Positions 25,950 to 38,779 of a stretch of 64,000 nucleotides of DNA are shown piece by piece. The position numbers and the translations under genes were made by a program. The DNA is taken from the NCBI RefSeq assembly GCF_018350175.1, contig NC_058368.1:64296001-64360000 (forward strand), written 5' to 3'. Every line of letters begins with the position of its first letter. Position 1 is the stretch's first letter. The DNA comes from Felis catus (lineage: Eukaryota). The notes beneath the pieces were generated by a model that did not search any database, had not been told where the DNA came from, and worked only from the letters and a program-made list of their open reading frames with translations.

Positions 25950-26235
25950 TATTAGCTAGAGCTAATGCACTTTTGGTTGTAAATGTAAGAAATCCAATGC
26001 AAACATACTTAAGCAAAATGGAGGATTATTTGGCTCATGTAAACTGTAGAAGACTCTCAATAAGAGGAATTGGAGAATTATAACCATTGGGATTCTCTTT
26101 GTACCTCTCATTTTTTGCTGTGTGCCAGGCAAATTATCTCAGACCGTGTTTCTTCAGGGCTAAAATGATGATTTCTGACATCATCAATGCTTGTATCTTC
26201 ATTGCTTTCCAAACAGAAAAAATACATGTGTGTGC

Positions 26236-26299
<64 letters not shown>

Positions 26300-26590
26300 C
26301 TTTTCAGCTTCATTTTGAAAAATCCTGAGGGAAAGTTTCTAACTGGCCTATATTGGGTCACATGCCTACAACCAGACTAATCATTATGGGTTGAGGAATG
26401 TGTTCCTATGTTTGGCCCAGTCTTGCTCAGGTGGTATCTTTAAACCAAAATCTATAACTATGGAGCTGAGGATTGTGTAAGAATTTGCTGGTTCCCATTC
26501 TGACCTCATGGTTAGAGAAGAAAATAATGCCAAGATGAAGAATACCTTTTCCAGAAGAAATGAGAGGAGTACAGGGAGGGCAACACACAG
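25950..26590 (-). mobile_element. MLT1 (MLT1K/J-like) ERVL-MaLR solo LTR containing a (TG)n(TA)n tract at 26227-26296
   Basis: ttttggttgtaa...agaaatccaat...cttaagcaaaa...ttggctcatgtaaactg; ttgggtcacatgcc. Confidence 0.7.
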
Positions 26591-26842
26591 CGACAGGGTT
26601 CAACATTCTCTCATTTCCATTCTTGCACCTTCCTTATCATCTAGCATGTACTGAACATCATCTGTGGACTCCGGTGAAATCTAATGCTAATGAATTGGCA
26701 TACTTTGGGTTATTCATGATCTTTGTTCTTCAGAAATTTTGAGTTGCCATTATTTATGCCTTTTACTGTTAATGAGAGGAAGACATTATATAATAAAGTG
26801 TGACAGTTAATAATTTCAAAGGATGAATCAGATGGCTGAGAG

Positions 26843-27471
26843 TGGTATTTCATCAGTTCTAAGTCACATTTCTGAAACCTGGTTAAATCTTATAATTTAT
26901 AGGAGTCTTAAGTTGCTGCTGGCCAGGTGGCATCCATGGCACATGGCACTTCAATTAAATGATCTGCTTGGTTGATACTGCATGTATTGAGTTCAATGGT
27001 CACATAAGACATCTTCAAAAAAATTCGACAATGACTCAGAATTGAAACAAAAATATATTGTCCTTGAGGAAAGTCACAAACAGCAGTGAGCCATGCATTT
27101 GGTATTTTTGAAACAAATATTCAGAAGTAGAAGCATGAACTCAATTCAGTTTCCTATTTTTTTTTTTTTTTTACAGCAAAAACCAAATACCTTAGAGGAC
27201 CTAAGAAAGGAACATTCCCACAAGTAAATGAAGCTATGCTTTGCTTTATTACTGATTCAGGTGCAATGCAACTGAAGTTAGTAGAGATTGCTAGATGCCT
27301 TGAAATAAATGAAAGAAATTTAAGAACAAGAGTCTTGAATGACAAAATTATGTAGAATTGTCATTGTGGTATATCATAATAGATTTTACTTAGCGAGAAT
27401 TTTCCTTTCTTTATAATATAGGAAATAGTATATCTTATAATTGATGATTCTTTGATCTCAATAAAATACTA
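26843..27471 (+). mobile_element. Kanga1-like TcMar-Tc2 DNA transposon deletion derivative with decayed transposase N-terminus
   Basis: Terminal inverted repeats gtatttcatc...tctaag / ttgatctcaataaaatac; translates to TSSKKFDNDSELKQKYIV (from 27009) and AKTKYLRGPKKGTFPQVNEAMLCFITD...MQLKLVEIARCLEINERN (pogo/Tc2 DNA-binding region), with stops and frameshifts. Confidence 0.75.
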
Positions 27472-27559
27472 TAATAAAAGAAATTGATTTTACTTCATGG
27501 AAGTCATTTTGGCAACATTATGGAGTAGGAGGATTATTATATTAGTAATCAGATTTCTG

Positions 27560-27835
27560 AAATAATGGACAAATTCACAGTCCTGATGGGAGATATTCCT
27601 ATAACTTGTTCAATGACACACATACACACAAAACAGATAAAAGGCAGTAAGGATGTAGAAGACATTAACAACATAATTTACAGATCTGCTCTGATTAATA
27701 TAGTGAACACTGTATTCAATAATAGAACATTGAAAAAAAATAATAGAACATTGAGCTCAACAATACCAGAAACCATGTTCTTTTCACATAGGATGTTTAC
27801 CAAATTGATAATATGCTGGGCCATAAAAAAATTCA
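27560..27835 (+). mobile_element. Ancient L1 ORF2 endonuclease fragment
   Basis: ORF 27565: DKFTVLMGDI...SKDVEDINNII...MFFSHRMFTK aligns with L1 EN IVGDFN...SKDIEDLNNTI...TFFSSAHGTFTK. Confidence 0.8.
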
Positions 27836-29089
27836 CTCACAGTATATTCCCACAATACTGGCAACCATCCAAAAATCTGGGAAGAATTTTCAGGCCAAAT
27901 TATGAGTAGGAAGATAATATCACATCTCATTGGAACAGTAGAACAGTCATTAAAACCATTTGGGTGAAGTTCGAGTGTTTTCCCTGCTCCATAATATTAG
28001 GTGAAAGACTTAAACACAATGAACTTCAATCTTCTGTGTAAAATGGTTGTAATCAATTGTTGTCTATTGACTGTGTGAGAAAATAAGGAATTGGAACTAA
28101 CATCTGATGAGCACCTAATAACTACTGGTAATAAGCTTGATCCTGAATCCCTGAGTGTTTAATAACAGTTAATACTCCTAACAACCTTTTGAAACAGTAG
28201 GTATATAAATAAAGTGTGCTTGAGAATTCTGCATTAACTGTAAAAATTAATGTCTCATTATTTATTATCTCATGTGAACAAAAATATGTGTGCATTTTTA
28301 TCTGCCATATGTTAGATTTTTAACATGTTATCAACATCACAGTAATGAGAATATATGTATTTTTTTATTTATGTACCATAAAGATTCAAAGTTTCAGTAT
28401 GCATCTTGGTAATTATTAAGCTTTATTTCTTACAGGGAGGATTTCCTACTGATTTTGATTTCCTACTGAATAAGTCAAATATTTAGGGTTCCTCAATAGG
28501 CATTTTAAACATTGTTTTAGGAAATGTTTGCCAATTCTTCACTGATATTTGGGGCTCAGTTCCCTTCTTTTCCTTCTTAGCATTGCTAAAAAGGGTTGGT
28601 TCTTCCTTACAACTAAAATCTGATGGAAAAAGTTATCACTAGACTTCCTTTTCTCCACAGCTATCTGTTATTTTCAGGCAAATTAATGAACTTCCCCAAT
28701 TTCTAATAATAGCCATAATAATCACTGACAACCTTTTTCATAATCTTTTAAAAATATATTGACCATGACATAAAAAGTTAATGTGGTATTTATAAAAAGT
28801 AAGATCTGTTAGAATAATATATAAGATAGAAAAGAGAATGTTCTCATTACATAGTAGGTCCTTAGTCTCAAAAATAAGGCAAATAGATGGGAGCAGCATA
28901 TGTGTCACCTTAAAACAAGCCTGAATTGTTCCTCCTGATATAGCAACTGTGGTGTTTCTAAAGGTAGATGTTGCGTTAGCATGGCTTGGAGGAGAGGCCA
29001 ATGAAGTAAAGAAATCAGACCTCACATAAATCAAAACTTTCTATTAGATTTTGACACATTTTATCTTGTATTATAGACTCTTGGTTTTT

Positions 29090-29325
29090 GTTTTATTTTG
29101 TTTTTTTTTAAAAAAATGTTTCTTTATTTTGAGAGAGAGAGAGAAAAAGAAAGTGTGCACGTGAGCGGGGGTAGGCCCAGAGAGAGAGGAAGAGAGAGAA
29201 CCCCAAGCAGACTTCTCACTATCCGTACAGAGCCCAACACAGTGCTCATTCTCACAAAGCATGAGATCATGACCTCAGTCAAAATCAAGAGACAGGAACT
29301 TAACTGACTGAGCCACCAGGTGCCC
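29090..29325 (-). mobile_element. Can-SINE
   Basis: Reverse body; degenerate TSD gact(c/t)ttg. Confidence 0.92.
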
Positions 29326-29352
29326 TGACTTTTGTATTTTAAAGGTATTCCA

Positions 29353-29490
29353 GGGACACCTGGGTGGCTCAGTTGGTTAAGTGTCCATCTCTTGATTTCA
29401 ACTCAGGTCATGATCTTACGGTTCATTGGTTCATGCCCCAGTCAATACCACGGAGCCTGCTTGGGATTCTCTCTTCTCTCTGACTCTCTG

Positions 29491-29527
<37 letters not shown>

Positions 29528-29560
29528 GTCTCAAAATAAATAAACATTAAAAAAATAAAT
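29353..29560 (+). mobile_element. Can-SINE, head-to-head with the previous one
   Basis: gggacacctgggtggctcag head, (CT)n, A tail. Confidence 0.92.
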
Positions 29561-29877
29561 TCACTCCAAGACATTAGCTCCACTGTCTCCCCAGTAACTG
29601 AGTTTTAAATGACCACTCCTTAAATTTAGAGCTATTTTATTTTCTATTGATTATCCCAGAGCAGTGTTTAGGGCCTTGGAGAAGCAGGCCCTCAGATATG
29701 GACTACATAGATGAATGAAATAAACGATAGTGGAAAGCCGCTGACTCAGTATATGCAAAGTAGGAGGGCACTGGAAGGAAAAGAAATCCACTGAACACTG
29801 ATAATTGAATCTTAGTCATGAGAACTCCTTGTTACATTAAAGTAACAACAAGTAACTCCTTGTTACATTAAAAGGGT

Positions 29878-30620
29878 TATTTAGCTGCCAGTTTTCCTAT
29901 CAAGAATCCACCCATTCTGCTTCTTCTTCCTGCCATCTTCCCTATTGTATCCCATGAAGGTCTGGGGAAGTTGATCCTGCCCTCAGCAATAGGAATGGCC
30001 TCTGAAATCCAAGCCAGCCTTGGTCCTCCCATCCCTCTTACCACTGATTGATTCAGGGATCCAGGCCTCAGCTAGGTGGCTTCTGGCCTTTCCTCAAAGA
30101 TGCATAGCAGTTCAGGCAAAGGTTCTCCAAGTATGGTTCGGCAGCATTAGCATCCCCCGGGGACTTGTCAGAAATGCAAATTATTAGGCTCCAACTGAGA
30201 CCTACTGGATCATAAACTAGAGGAGGGGACCCCAGCAATCTATGTTTTAACAAACTCTCCAGGTGAGTCTGATACATGCTCAAGTTTGGGAACAAATGAG
30301 ATGAGCTCATGAATTTCAATCTGATCCAGGGAAACAGCTTTTACCCCATGGATACAAGAGAGGTTTTCTCTACCTCCCTTTGATTTAAATAGGAAACTAA
30401 ATTCCCCCAGCTGTTGCTGGCAGACTTTTGACAGCATGAGAAAATTCAGTTTGTTGACAAAAAAGTGAAGAGGAAGCAGAATAAAACACTTAAAGACAGC
30501 GCTTCAACTTGGCTAGTGCAGGACTTCCAGTCTGGTAAGCACACCACATTTCCTTAGTATTTAAACCACTTTAACTCAGGGTTTCTGTTACTGCAACAGA
30601 GAACATCCTAATAGATACAA
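29878..30620 (+). mobile_element. MLT1 (MLT1J/K-like) solo LTR, interrupted by MER5A
   Basis: Terminal ggtttctgttactgcaac...catcctaatagataca is typical of MLT1 3' ends; 5' boundary approximate. Confidence 0.7.
30117..30298 (+). mobile_element. MER5A hAT-Charlie MITE
   Basis: ggttctccaagt...cagcattagcatc...agaaatgcaaatt...ttttaacaa...ctccaggtga...aagtttgggaac. Confidence 0.9.
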
Positions 30621-30654
30621 AAGATCCAGAACATGTACAATATCAATTTATTAG

Positions 30655-31150
30655 TTTTTTTCAACAGATGAATATAGACAACTACTATGTGCTAACCACA
30701 CATCTAGGCACTGGAGATATAAAAGCAAACGGTGAGCCCAACGCAGTGCTCATTCTCACAAACCCTGAGATCATATCTCACGTATATATGACAACCTTTC
30801 CATCCTCTTGGATGGAAACACAAATCAGTTTAAAAAAAAAAAAGCCAAAACACAAATCCTGGAGTACCTGGGTGGCTCAGTTAAGGGTCAGACTTGATTT
30901 CGGCTCAGGTCCCATCTCACGGTTCATGGGATCAAGCCCTGTGTCATGCTCTGTGCTGACTGTGCAAAGTCTACTTGGGATTCTCTGTCTCCCTCTCTCT
31001 CAGCACCTCCTATAAACAAACAAACAAACAAACAAACAAACTTTTTTTAAAAAAGACAAATCTCACGGAACTTATGTTGTAGGTGGGGGAAAGAGTCAAG
31101 AAATCGGAAACAAAGTTTGGCATGTTTAGCAGGTGGCAGGTGCTACAGGC
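30655..31150 (-). mobile_element. L2 3' end, interrupted by a mosaic insertion and a SINE
   Basis: ttcaaca...actactatgtgc...ctaggcactggagata ... acaaatctcacggaacttatgttgtaggtgggg. Confidence 0.7.
30861..31050 (+). mobile_element. Can-SINE with (AAAC)n tail
   Basis: Head ggagtacctgggtggctcag; flanks aaaa(c/g)acaaatc. Confidence 0.9.
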
Positions 31151-33588
31151 TGCTCAATCCAGAAGTGGGAACAATTGTGCAGTAGGTACCCTTGGCCTTA
31201 CCTGTAGCTATGCCAGCCAAAGCACACAGGGATGAAGCAACTTGCCCAGGATTGCAGAGGTGATAAATGGTAGGACCATGATCTTGACTGAGGGCTGCTA
31301 GCCCTCAAGTCTGAGCATTTTCCATCATGCTATATTATTCCCTGCAGACATACGTTAAATGTTCAAAAAACAATCTCTTATTACTAGTAAAAATGAGCTA
31401 ATATAGCAAGATCCATGAGTAGTTTTATTGAGTTTCTGTGGGACCCTTTCATTCCTTAAAACAGTTCTTTTAAGTGCACAATATCTTAAAGATGGAGAAT
31501 TTTACATCTTGCGACTGAAATGCCTGCCACATAGATCTACTGTTTCTGGGGGGGGGGGGGTCAAACCCAATGCAGTGATGAAATTTCCTTTGCTTATACT
31601 AGAGCTTATATTCAGTTTGTTTGGACCAGTTGTTAAAACATTGGAATACTTCAGATCAATAAGTCGCTGCTGTCTTAAGTTCCATTGATGTCCTCAGGGT
31701 GTGCCAACAGCTCTACTACCTCCCTTAGGACCTTATTCTTGGCCCGGACTTAAAGACTGCATGGCTTAGCAGGGGACTTCAGTACTCTATTTCCAGGACC
31801 CATCCTAATTGGGTATTACCTTCACAGGCCTAGTTGTTAAACATTTCGTATATCAGCCCTGTACTATATCACTCCTGGGCTCCACCACCCAAATCACTTG
31901 GCAATGTATCCAACAAATCAGTGATGGATGGGAGGGTAGTGAAAGAGGTTTCTTTCAGCTATAGTCAAGCCACCACCAAGGGGAATAATCTTGACAAGAA
32001 TCCAATTGATACAAACCACAATCCTGCTCTCCTCTGCACCAGCCCAAAGGAGAGGGAGAGATTTCTCTCTGAACTCAGAGCTCAGGTTTCTCAGACAAAT
32101 GATCACATAGTTATGTTGATGATTGCCTTGAATAATAAATGTGTCCCTTAGTTAACAGATGTTCACAGCAGTTGCTAAATATAAATTGTACTTTTCCAAT
32201 GTGTTTTCCTTTGTATCAAACATATATATGACAACCTTCCCATCCTCCTGGAGCACACAAATCAGTTTTTTAATGGAAAACTTGGGAAGACAGATTTTAT
32301 TTCATATAATAATTTTCAGTGAATAGAAGGACAGCCCCAGCAATAGGGGGAAAGAAAGAATGCTTCGGAACAGAAGATTTTTATGTTTGCTATCTATGGA
32401 ACACTTACCTCTGAGAATCTGTCAGGAAATGGGGTCTTATCTTCTCGATAATGATTGTTATCATTATCTGGTGAATAATTCCTTTTGAGGCATTAAAACT
32501 TCTGTTGTTGCCCCTGAAATAACTCTATAATCTGGCAGAGCCATTATGTAAACTAACATTTAAAGAGCAGGTGGTGTTATAACTCCTTCCATCAAAAAGT
32601 TAATCTGTGGCATTCTAAAATCACAACAGAAATGTTCATCGGTTCTTCCAATACTGATAAGAAAGAGCTCCTTTACAGTCTTCAGAGTAAAGAAACCAAA
32701 CTCCCAAACAGCTCAGGTTAGGTGAATTCAGGCTGATAGTCTTCTTCTACAGTCCTGCTTCCATTAGATAAATCTAAATGTATCTCAGAAGTTAAAACCA
32801 GAAGATTCAGGTGTTTTACAAAGGAAACTGCTGTGAAGACTGTCATGGAGACAGCTTTCTATCCCTCCATTGTGGTGGGAACTTTCCACGACAGATATAA
32901 GAAATGTTGCTTCCATCATACAGAACATTTTATTGATATGTCTACTTGTAATCTGTTTATTCTCTTTATAAAAGCCTCCAATGGGTTCTGTATTGCTACA
33001 ATCACAAATTAAAAAAAAAAATTTACACATGATTAGAGTGTAACTACTCATTGGTTGCAGTAGTTCCGAGAGATACTGAAACTTCTCAGCTGCTTTCTAT
33101 CATGTGGAAATCAAGGGCTGTTCAAGCATTAATTCTTTTTATACTGCCTTGTTTTCTGTTTTTAGGGCTTATTCAACGTATCTCATTTATTCATTTTTGG
33201 TGGTTTGTTGCAAATTACTTCAAAGTCAAAAATGTACATGGGACTCATCCGTATTTTGCATAGCACTATAGAAAACCAGTAACACTTTTGTTTTTAAACA
33301 TCATTTGCTCATCTTATAAACACCACTGAAGTATCCATTTAAGAGGCTTATTCTGTTAAAAGCCAATTTCATCCTTCTGAGCACTAGACTCTCAGCCCCT
33401 AGAACTTGCCTTGATTAAGGTTGGTGGTGGGCTATTAAGTCTCTTAAGCCTTCAGCTGCTTCAGTCCTCGATGTTGTGTATCGTTCTGATAATAATGCCA
33501 CTTAGAATTCAGGCAACACAGTGGTTTTGCTGGAGGCTGAGCCTGGAAGGCTCTCATTCCTCTGCCGTGTTTCTTTTCTAACCACGCT

Positions 33589-34050
33589 TGTGTAAGCAGA
33601 ATAATGGCTATCCACAGATGTCTTACATCTTAATCACTGGAACCCATGAACATTCTAGGACACAGCAAAGAGGCTTTAAGGTTGCTGGTGGAATTAATGT
33701 TATTAATTAGCTGACCTGGAGATGGGGACCATAGCCTGGACTGTCCAGGTGGGCCCAATGGAATCACAAGGGTCTTTATAAAATGAGAGAGAGTGGAAGA
33801 GAGACATGACAGGAGTTAGTGTTGTGGTAAGGGCTGGGTCTGCTGTTACTGGCTTTCAAGATGGAGGAACCAAAGAATGCTAGGAACCTCTAGAAGCTGG
33901 AAAAGGCAAAAAAATGGATTCTCTTCTAGAGCTTCCAGAAGGAACAGAGTCCTGTCTCCATTTTGATCTCCCTAGACCACAAGTGAGACCATTTCAGACT
34001 TCTGACCTCTAGAACTAGACGGTAAGAAATACGTATTGTTTCATGTTGTT
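33589..34050 (+). mobile_element. MLT1D/E-like ERVL-MaLR solo LTR
   Basis: tgtg...gcagaataatgg start; ggtgggcccaat; tctagaagctggaaaaggcaa...ggattctc...tagagcttccagaaggaac. Confidence 0.88.
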
Positions 34051-35149
34051 TTTTAAACCGTAGAAGGGGGTTTGCTCAACTAATATTGTCTTAGCAGAAA
34101 TGATTATATTCATGTGAAAAATAATTTGGGGAGTCTACAAAGTTAACATATTAAAAAGGAAAACAACTTCTTGTGAAGGAGCGTTGTGATTTAAGCGTGT
34201 CAAAGCGGTCTTTTCCTATCAAGGGTTAGAACTTTTTTCCCATCTTTTTACAGCTTGAACAAGTTTATTTCCATTAAAAGTCCTACAACGTTTTTTTTAA
34301 TTAATTTGAGAGAATGTAATTGCTAGAACGACTCAATGGAATAATTAAGGCAATTTTAATACATCAACATTTGCTATTTGGCAAAGGAATCAGGGAGAAA
34401 GGAAAATAATTCATGTGGTTTCTCTGTCATGAATTTGGGGTTTTTTTGCTATCTGAAATTCGAGAAAGGATTGTGAACTGGTGACTCTGTAGAAGTTCTG
34501 TGTCTGTTAGTGGAGTGGCATTCTTGTGCTCACCAAACACAAAGGTCGTGGTTGTTTCTGGAAGAAGCACCTAGAGGCATTGAGCTCTTTGAGCTATTTG
34601 GAAGCCTCTGCCCTTTGCTGTTTCCTGGCCCTTCTGGGGCCCTAGAGCATTGCCCAGGAATCATTACGGTGTCCTAGTTTGCGTTAAGTTGTGTAAGGGA
34701 AGGAGGGCTGCACTACCCATGAGGTCTCATGCATGATAGTGGTATGTTTCTTCTCTCATGGTGGACCCTGAGGGTAGTAATGGACTCAGTTTAAGGGAAC
34801 TTCGGTTACCCCTCCTCAGTCCAGGCTTTGGTGTGAGGACTTCCAGGACCCGGTGTGGGCAGAGTGCCTGGGTCTGGAGTGCCAGCACTTTGAGCCTCAG
34901 GGAGGAACAGCATTCAAGCCATCTAATCCTAGGCTCAAACCTCCTGAGGTTGTGGCTTCGAGTAATCTCCGAGGGGAACATCATTATTGAGAGGCAGCCC
35001 AGATCAATGTCCTGTGGCCTAGTTTCTTACAATTACTATCTCCTCTAACCGTTTGAAATTGGTTTCTCTCCTTCCCAGAGTCTAGCATTTCTAACGTGTT
35101 AAATTGCCAAGCAAGTATTAATTCGGTAATGATAGTGAAAAGAATACTA

Positions 35150-35345
35150 ATGATAGCTAATACATAGCAGCTATTTTACGCCAGGCCTTGGGTACAGTTA
35201 TTATTACTCTCTCACAAGCAAGGAAGCTGTAGCTCAGGTTGTCTGTCTCGCCCACAGTCCCACAGCTTGTGTGTGGAGGTGAGGGGGGTTGATACAGTCA
35301 CACAGTCTGGGGCTTTCACCACAACACACAGTACCTTTCCTAAAG
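35150..35345 (-). mobile_element. MIR remnant
   Basis: atagctaatacatagc...gccaggc...ggaagctgtagctcag...cccacag. Confidence 0.6.
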
Positions 35346-35372
35346 TGACAATGGTTTATTGCCTCAGGTAAT

Positions 35373-35895
35373 TGAGATCACCTTAACAGTCTCCTCAGCC
35401 TAACTAAATTTCAGATCGATCTCTTCCTGCCTATACTTCCCTGACCCTTTTTTCTTAGAGCTTTTATTTGAAAAAACTTGCTATTGTAAATTTCCTCTGC
35501 CCCTGCGCGATGGAAAAGTTCTCCAGCCCCTTGACAGTTTGACAACACAGGACTGGCTTTTTCAAGGACTAGGAACCATACCTTTGAAAGGTAATGATCA
35601 AGAAAGAGAAGACCCCTGTCACCCAGTTTCTGTGGGAGAGGAGGACCCAGATTTAAGGTAAGTGCCAATTAGCAAACACCCGTGGTCTGTGCACATTGAT
35701 TACCCTCACTCTTTGTGACTCCATCGCCGGTTCTCCTTCTCGTTCACCTCAGTGCTTGAAAACTCCATGGCCTCGTGTTACAGTGGAGTTGAGTTCAATA
35801 TCTGTTCCCTTTTGTAAGTCTCGATCCTTACTGTGATAGTCCTGAATGATGTCTTCCTTGCCTGTTTAACTCTGTCAGGTGCAATTTTCCTTTGA
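35373..35895 (+). mobile_element. MER31-like ERV1 solo LTR
   Basis: cttagagc...aaacttgctattgtaaatt; atcaagaaaga; taagtgccaattagcaaacac; ggagttgagttcaat; gtcttccttgcctgtttaact. Confidence 0.8.
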
Positions 35896-36245
35896 TCCAG
35901 GTTATTCTAATTTTTCCCTCTGTCAGGCATGATAAGTGTTCAAATTTCACCTCCTGGGTTGTGCCATTTAGAGTCAAAAGAAAGCGTGCTTCTAGTGGTT
36001 TGATTGCAACTTTGATGAATCATTTCCCTTGAGGTTGGTTATGGACTAGCTTGCATATGGCATCCTTCATTCAGCATGCCAGAAAACTCCATTATCCTTC
36101 TCCTAATCACATAGGTGAAATATAGTATTACAAGACATAAAACACAGTGTTTTATCCCTCAACAATTGCATGACATTGGTGATATTATTACCCTGTTCTT
36201 AGCAAACAAACTCCAGTGTCTGGAGCTTAAGAATCCTAAGTTGGA

Positions 36246-36443
36246 GGGGCACCTGGGTGGCTCAGTTGGTTAAGCTTCCTACTCTTGATTTTTGTCTCAG
36301 GTCATGCTCTCAGGGGTGTAGAATCAATCCCTGTGTCTGGCTTTGCACTGACAGTGGGGGGAGTGCTTGGGATTCTCTCTGCCTCTCCCCACCTCCACCA
36401 CTTTGTGTGCACTCTCTTTCAAAATAAACATTAAAATAAAAAA
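36246..36443 (+). mobile_element. Can-SINE (older), inserted in a MIR remnant
   Basis: ggggcacctgggtggctcag head, tail; aagttg at both flanks. Confidence 0.92.
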
Positions 36444-37719
36444 GCCCCAAGTTGAAGGCTATGCAGAAGTGAAACTAGTACTGGATTTGTCTAGAAGAAA
36501 ATTGCAGAGGACCTCAGATGCAACCCATTCTTCAGATTGGGGTGTCTTTTGCTAATTTGTTTCTCCACTTCCTTCTGGGTTTGGATCAGACCGTGAATAT
36601 GGTCAAGTGATGATAGTTTACATTGCGTTTCCAGAAGTCTCAATACATTAAACTTTAGGTTTTGTCCTTTCACTCGCTGATGAGATCTTTAAGGTGGAGA
36701 TCCACAAACGTGCTCCAGAGAACTTCCACTTCATGGTCCAGTCACTTCATCGCCCTTGCTTCCTCCCCAGCGTCAGTGCTGATATCCTTTTATCCTCTTC
36801 TCTGTTGGCCAGTCCATAAAACTCTGGTTAACTACACTAAAAAATAATTTGGTGCTATAAAACTCAAGTTTCTTTAATGAAAGCTGGCAAAAATTTTCAA
36901 TCCAGCTTTTCTGAAATTGTAGATCAAGCCCCATTGTGTGTGATGCACAGATAACAGCTGAAACCACTTCATCTACAAGTTAATGGATAAAATTAGCATG
37001 TTAAAGAGTTGGAGGGCTTAATTAGAAAGGCAATCCTTAGGCAAAAAGCCTCTCAGGAACACTAAAGCAGTTTGTTGATTTTTGTCTGTAAAAGGTTTGG
37101 GGGCAGAAACTGGAAATAGGTTTGCAAAGTGAAAACCAGTTTCTAAATCCACAGTGAAATTATATCCTCCTCAGGCTTTAAAGGATGTATGTTTATAATA
37201 AATGTATGGTCTTTGACCTTATGTGACCATTTGTTCATCTTAATGGTTCTGTTAGAAGTGGCCCGTTGATTTCTGTGCACTTTCCTCATGTTTTCTCATG
37301 TTAAGTTGAGGATGGGTTTTGGGCCTCTAAAGGAACCATCCAGAAGAAACCGGTTACTCCATTTTTGCCAGCAGCTCCTGCCCCTCTCCCAGCCATGATA
37401 CTCAATACACCAAAGGCAAGGATTCTCTGTCTTCTGAGAGATTTTGTTTCTTAGTACCTTCACCTCCAATTTTTTTAAACATGCTTAAAAATACCACTGT
37501 TTCTGGATATTTCAATTAAATATGCATTTCTTCTGTTGCCTTCCTACTATAAGGATTTAGGTCTGTCACCTGATGACCTTTTGCATATAACTTCCCTCCA
37601 TATCACAACCCTATCGTTACAGAACACTTTTAGTGAAATTGATATTGATACTTCTATAACAATATAAATATTCTGCTCAGTGTAGGTAGACTTCTGTGTA
37701 AATACTGGCTTTTTTGTTT

Positions 37720-38050
37720 TCCTCTTTCATACAACAAATATGTACCAAGTACCTCACCTTCTTGTGTAGTCTTTCCTCTGGGTACTGGAGATTTAACAGT
37801 TGAGATGGGGGTGTCTCTACCCTGAGGAGCTAATATGTTAGAGGAGGCAGCCCAGCAATGTGCTTAAGAACAGGAAATCTGAAAGCTGTTCACCTAGGCT
37901 ACAATATTATTTTTTGATAGGAAGCAACACTGTGACCCTAGCGTGTTACCCAGCCTCTGTGACTTTGTTTCCTTGCCTAAGTTGAGAATAAAATCTGATG
38001 GAGTTGTGATAATATTAAATATACGACTTTGGACAGGCAAAAACTATATA
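37720..38050. mobile_element. L2 3' end (-) followed by MIR (+) remnants
   Basis: ttcatacaacaaatat...ctgggtactggagat...ccctgaggagct; tgtgaccct...cctctgtg...gagttgtga. Confidence 0.55.
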
Positions 38051-38779
38051 TAAACTTTTTAGGAAAGATGTGGATGCTGTGATGGCAAGAATCAAACCAT
38101 TATAGAGCTAAGAAATAAATTTGGAAAAGAGATTTTAAATAGGCTGAAAAAATACATTTTTTCCTATACCGCTGATACATTCAAGCTTACATATCTATTA
38201 ATATGTTCAATTTGAGGGTGGTTTATTCCATTCCATGTTTTTCATTTCTAATTCCTTTTTAAAAAATATTTTATTCCATATGGATTTCTGTTTTTAACGT
38301 TAGTGATGTGCTTCCATGTCTGCTAACACACTGAGTCCTGTGTAACAATGGGACACTACAAACCTGATGTGAATCTGTCGACTTGGGTAGGGTTTAATTG
38401 CTGATCATCTGACACTTGTTAGAAAATCTTTAATGTCACTTTTGTAGGCCTTTCTAGGGCCTTGTCAGAACTTCATTGGAGAGAAATACTTCCATTGCCT
38501 CTGGTTGGCAAAGGGTGTGCCTCACTTTGGATCCTTTCTCATTCTACCTATCTGTGCAGGAAAGGTCCAGTCTTTGCTCAAGTGGAAAGATGGCCACTTG
38601 GCTAACAGCTTGAGGGAGGGAACGGAGTGGTCTCACCACAGAACAAACTCTCACTGAATTTGCCCACTTTCTTCAGATCTAATTTGACTTCTCAAAAAGA
38701 TCCCTAGTGAAGCCAATTTTTGAACACTTTTGAGATTCTGCAGTGTAAATAAACTGGCTTCTCTTTGTAGACTTTATTT

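Noticed and set aside
31690..32200. Possible ancient LTR and 105-aa ORF (31834-32151)
   Set aside because: I cannot assign a family or termini; the ORF has no recognisable domain.
32409..32513. - strand exon-like segment ending at GAG|GTAAGT
   Set aside because: Isolated, weak acceptor, unrecognised peptide; consensus donors occur by chance in 64 kb.
36607..36680. C/D-box snoRNA-like spacing (GTGATGA...CTGA, 74 nt)
   Set aside because: Only a 3-bp terminal stem and no rRNA/snRNA antisense element I can recognise.
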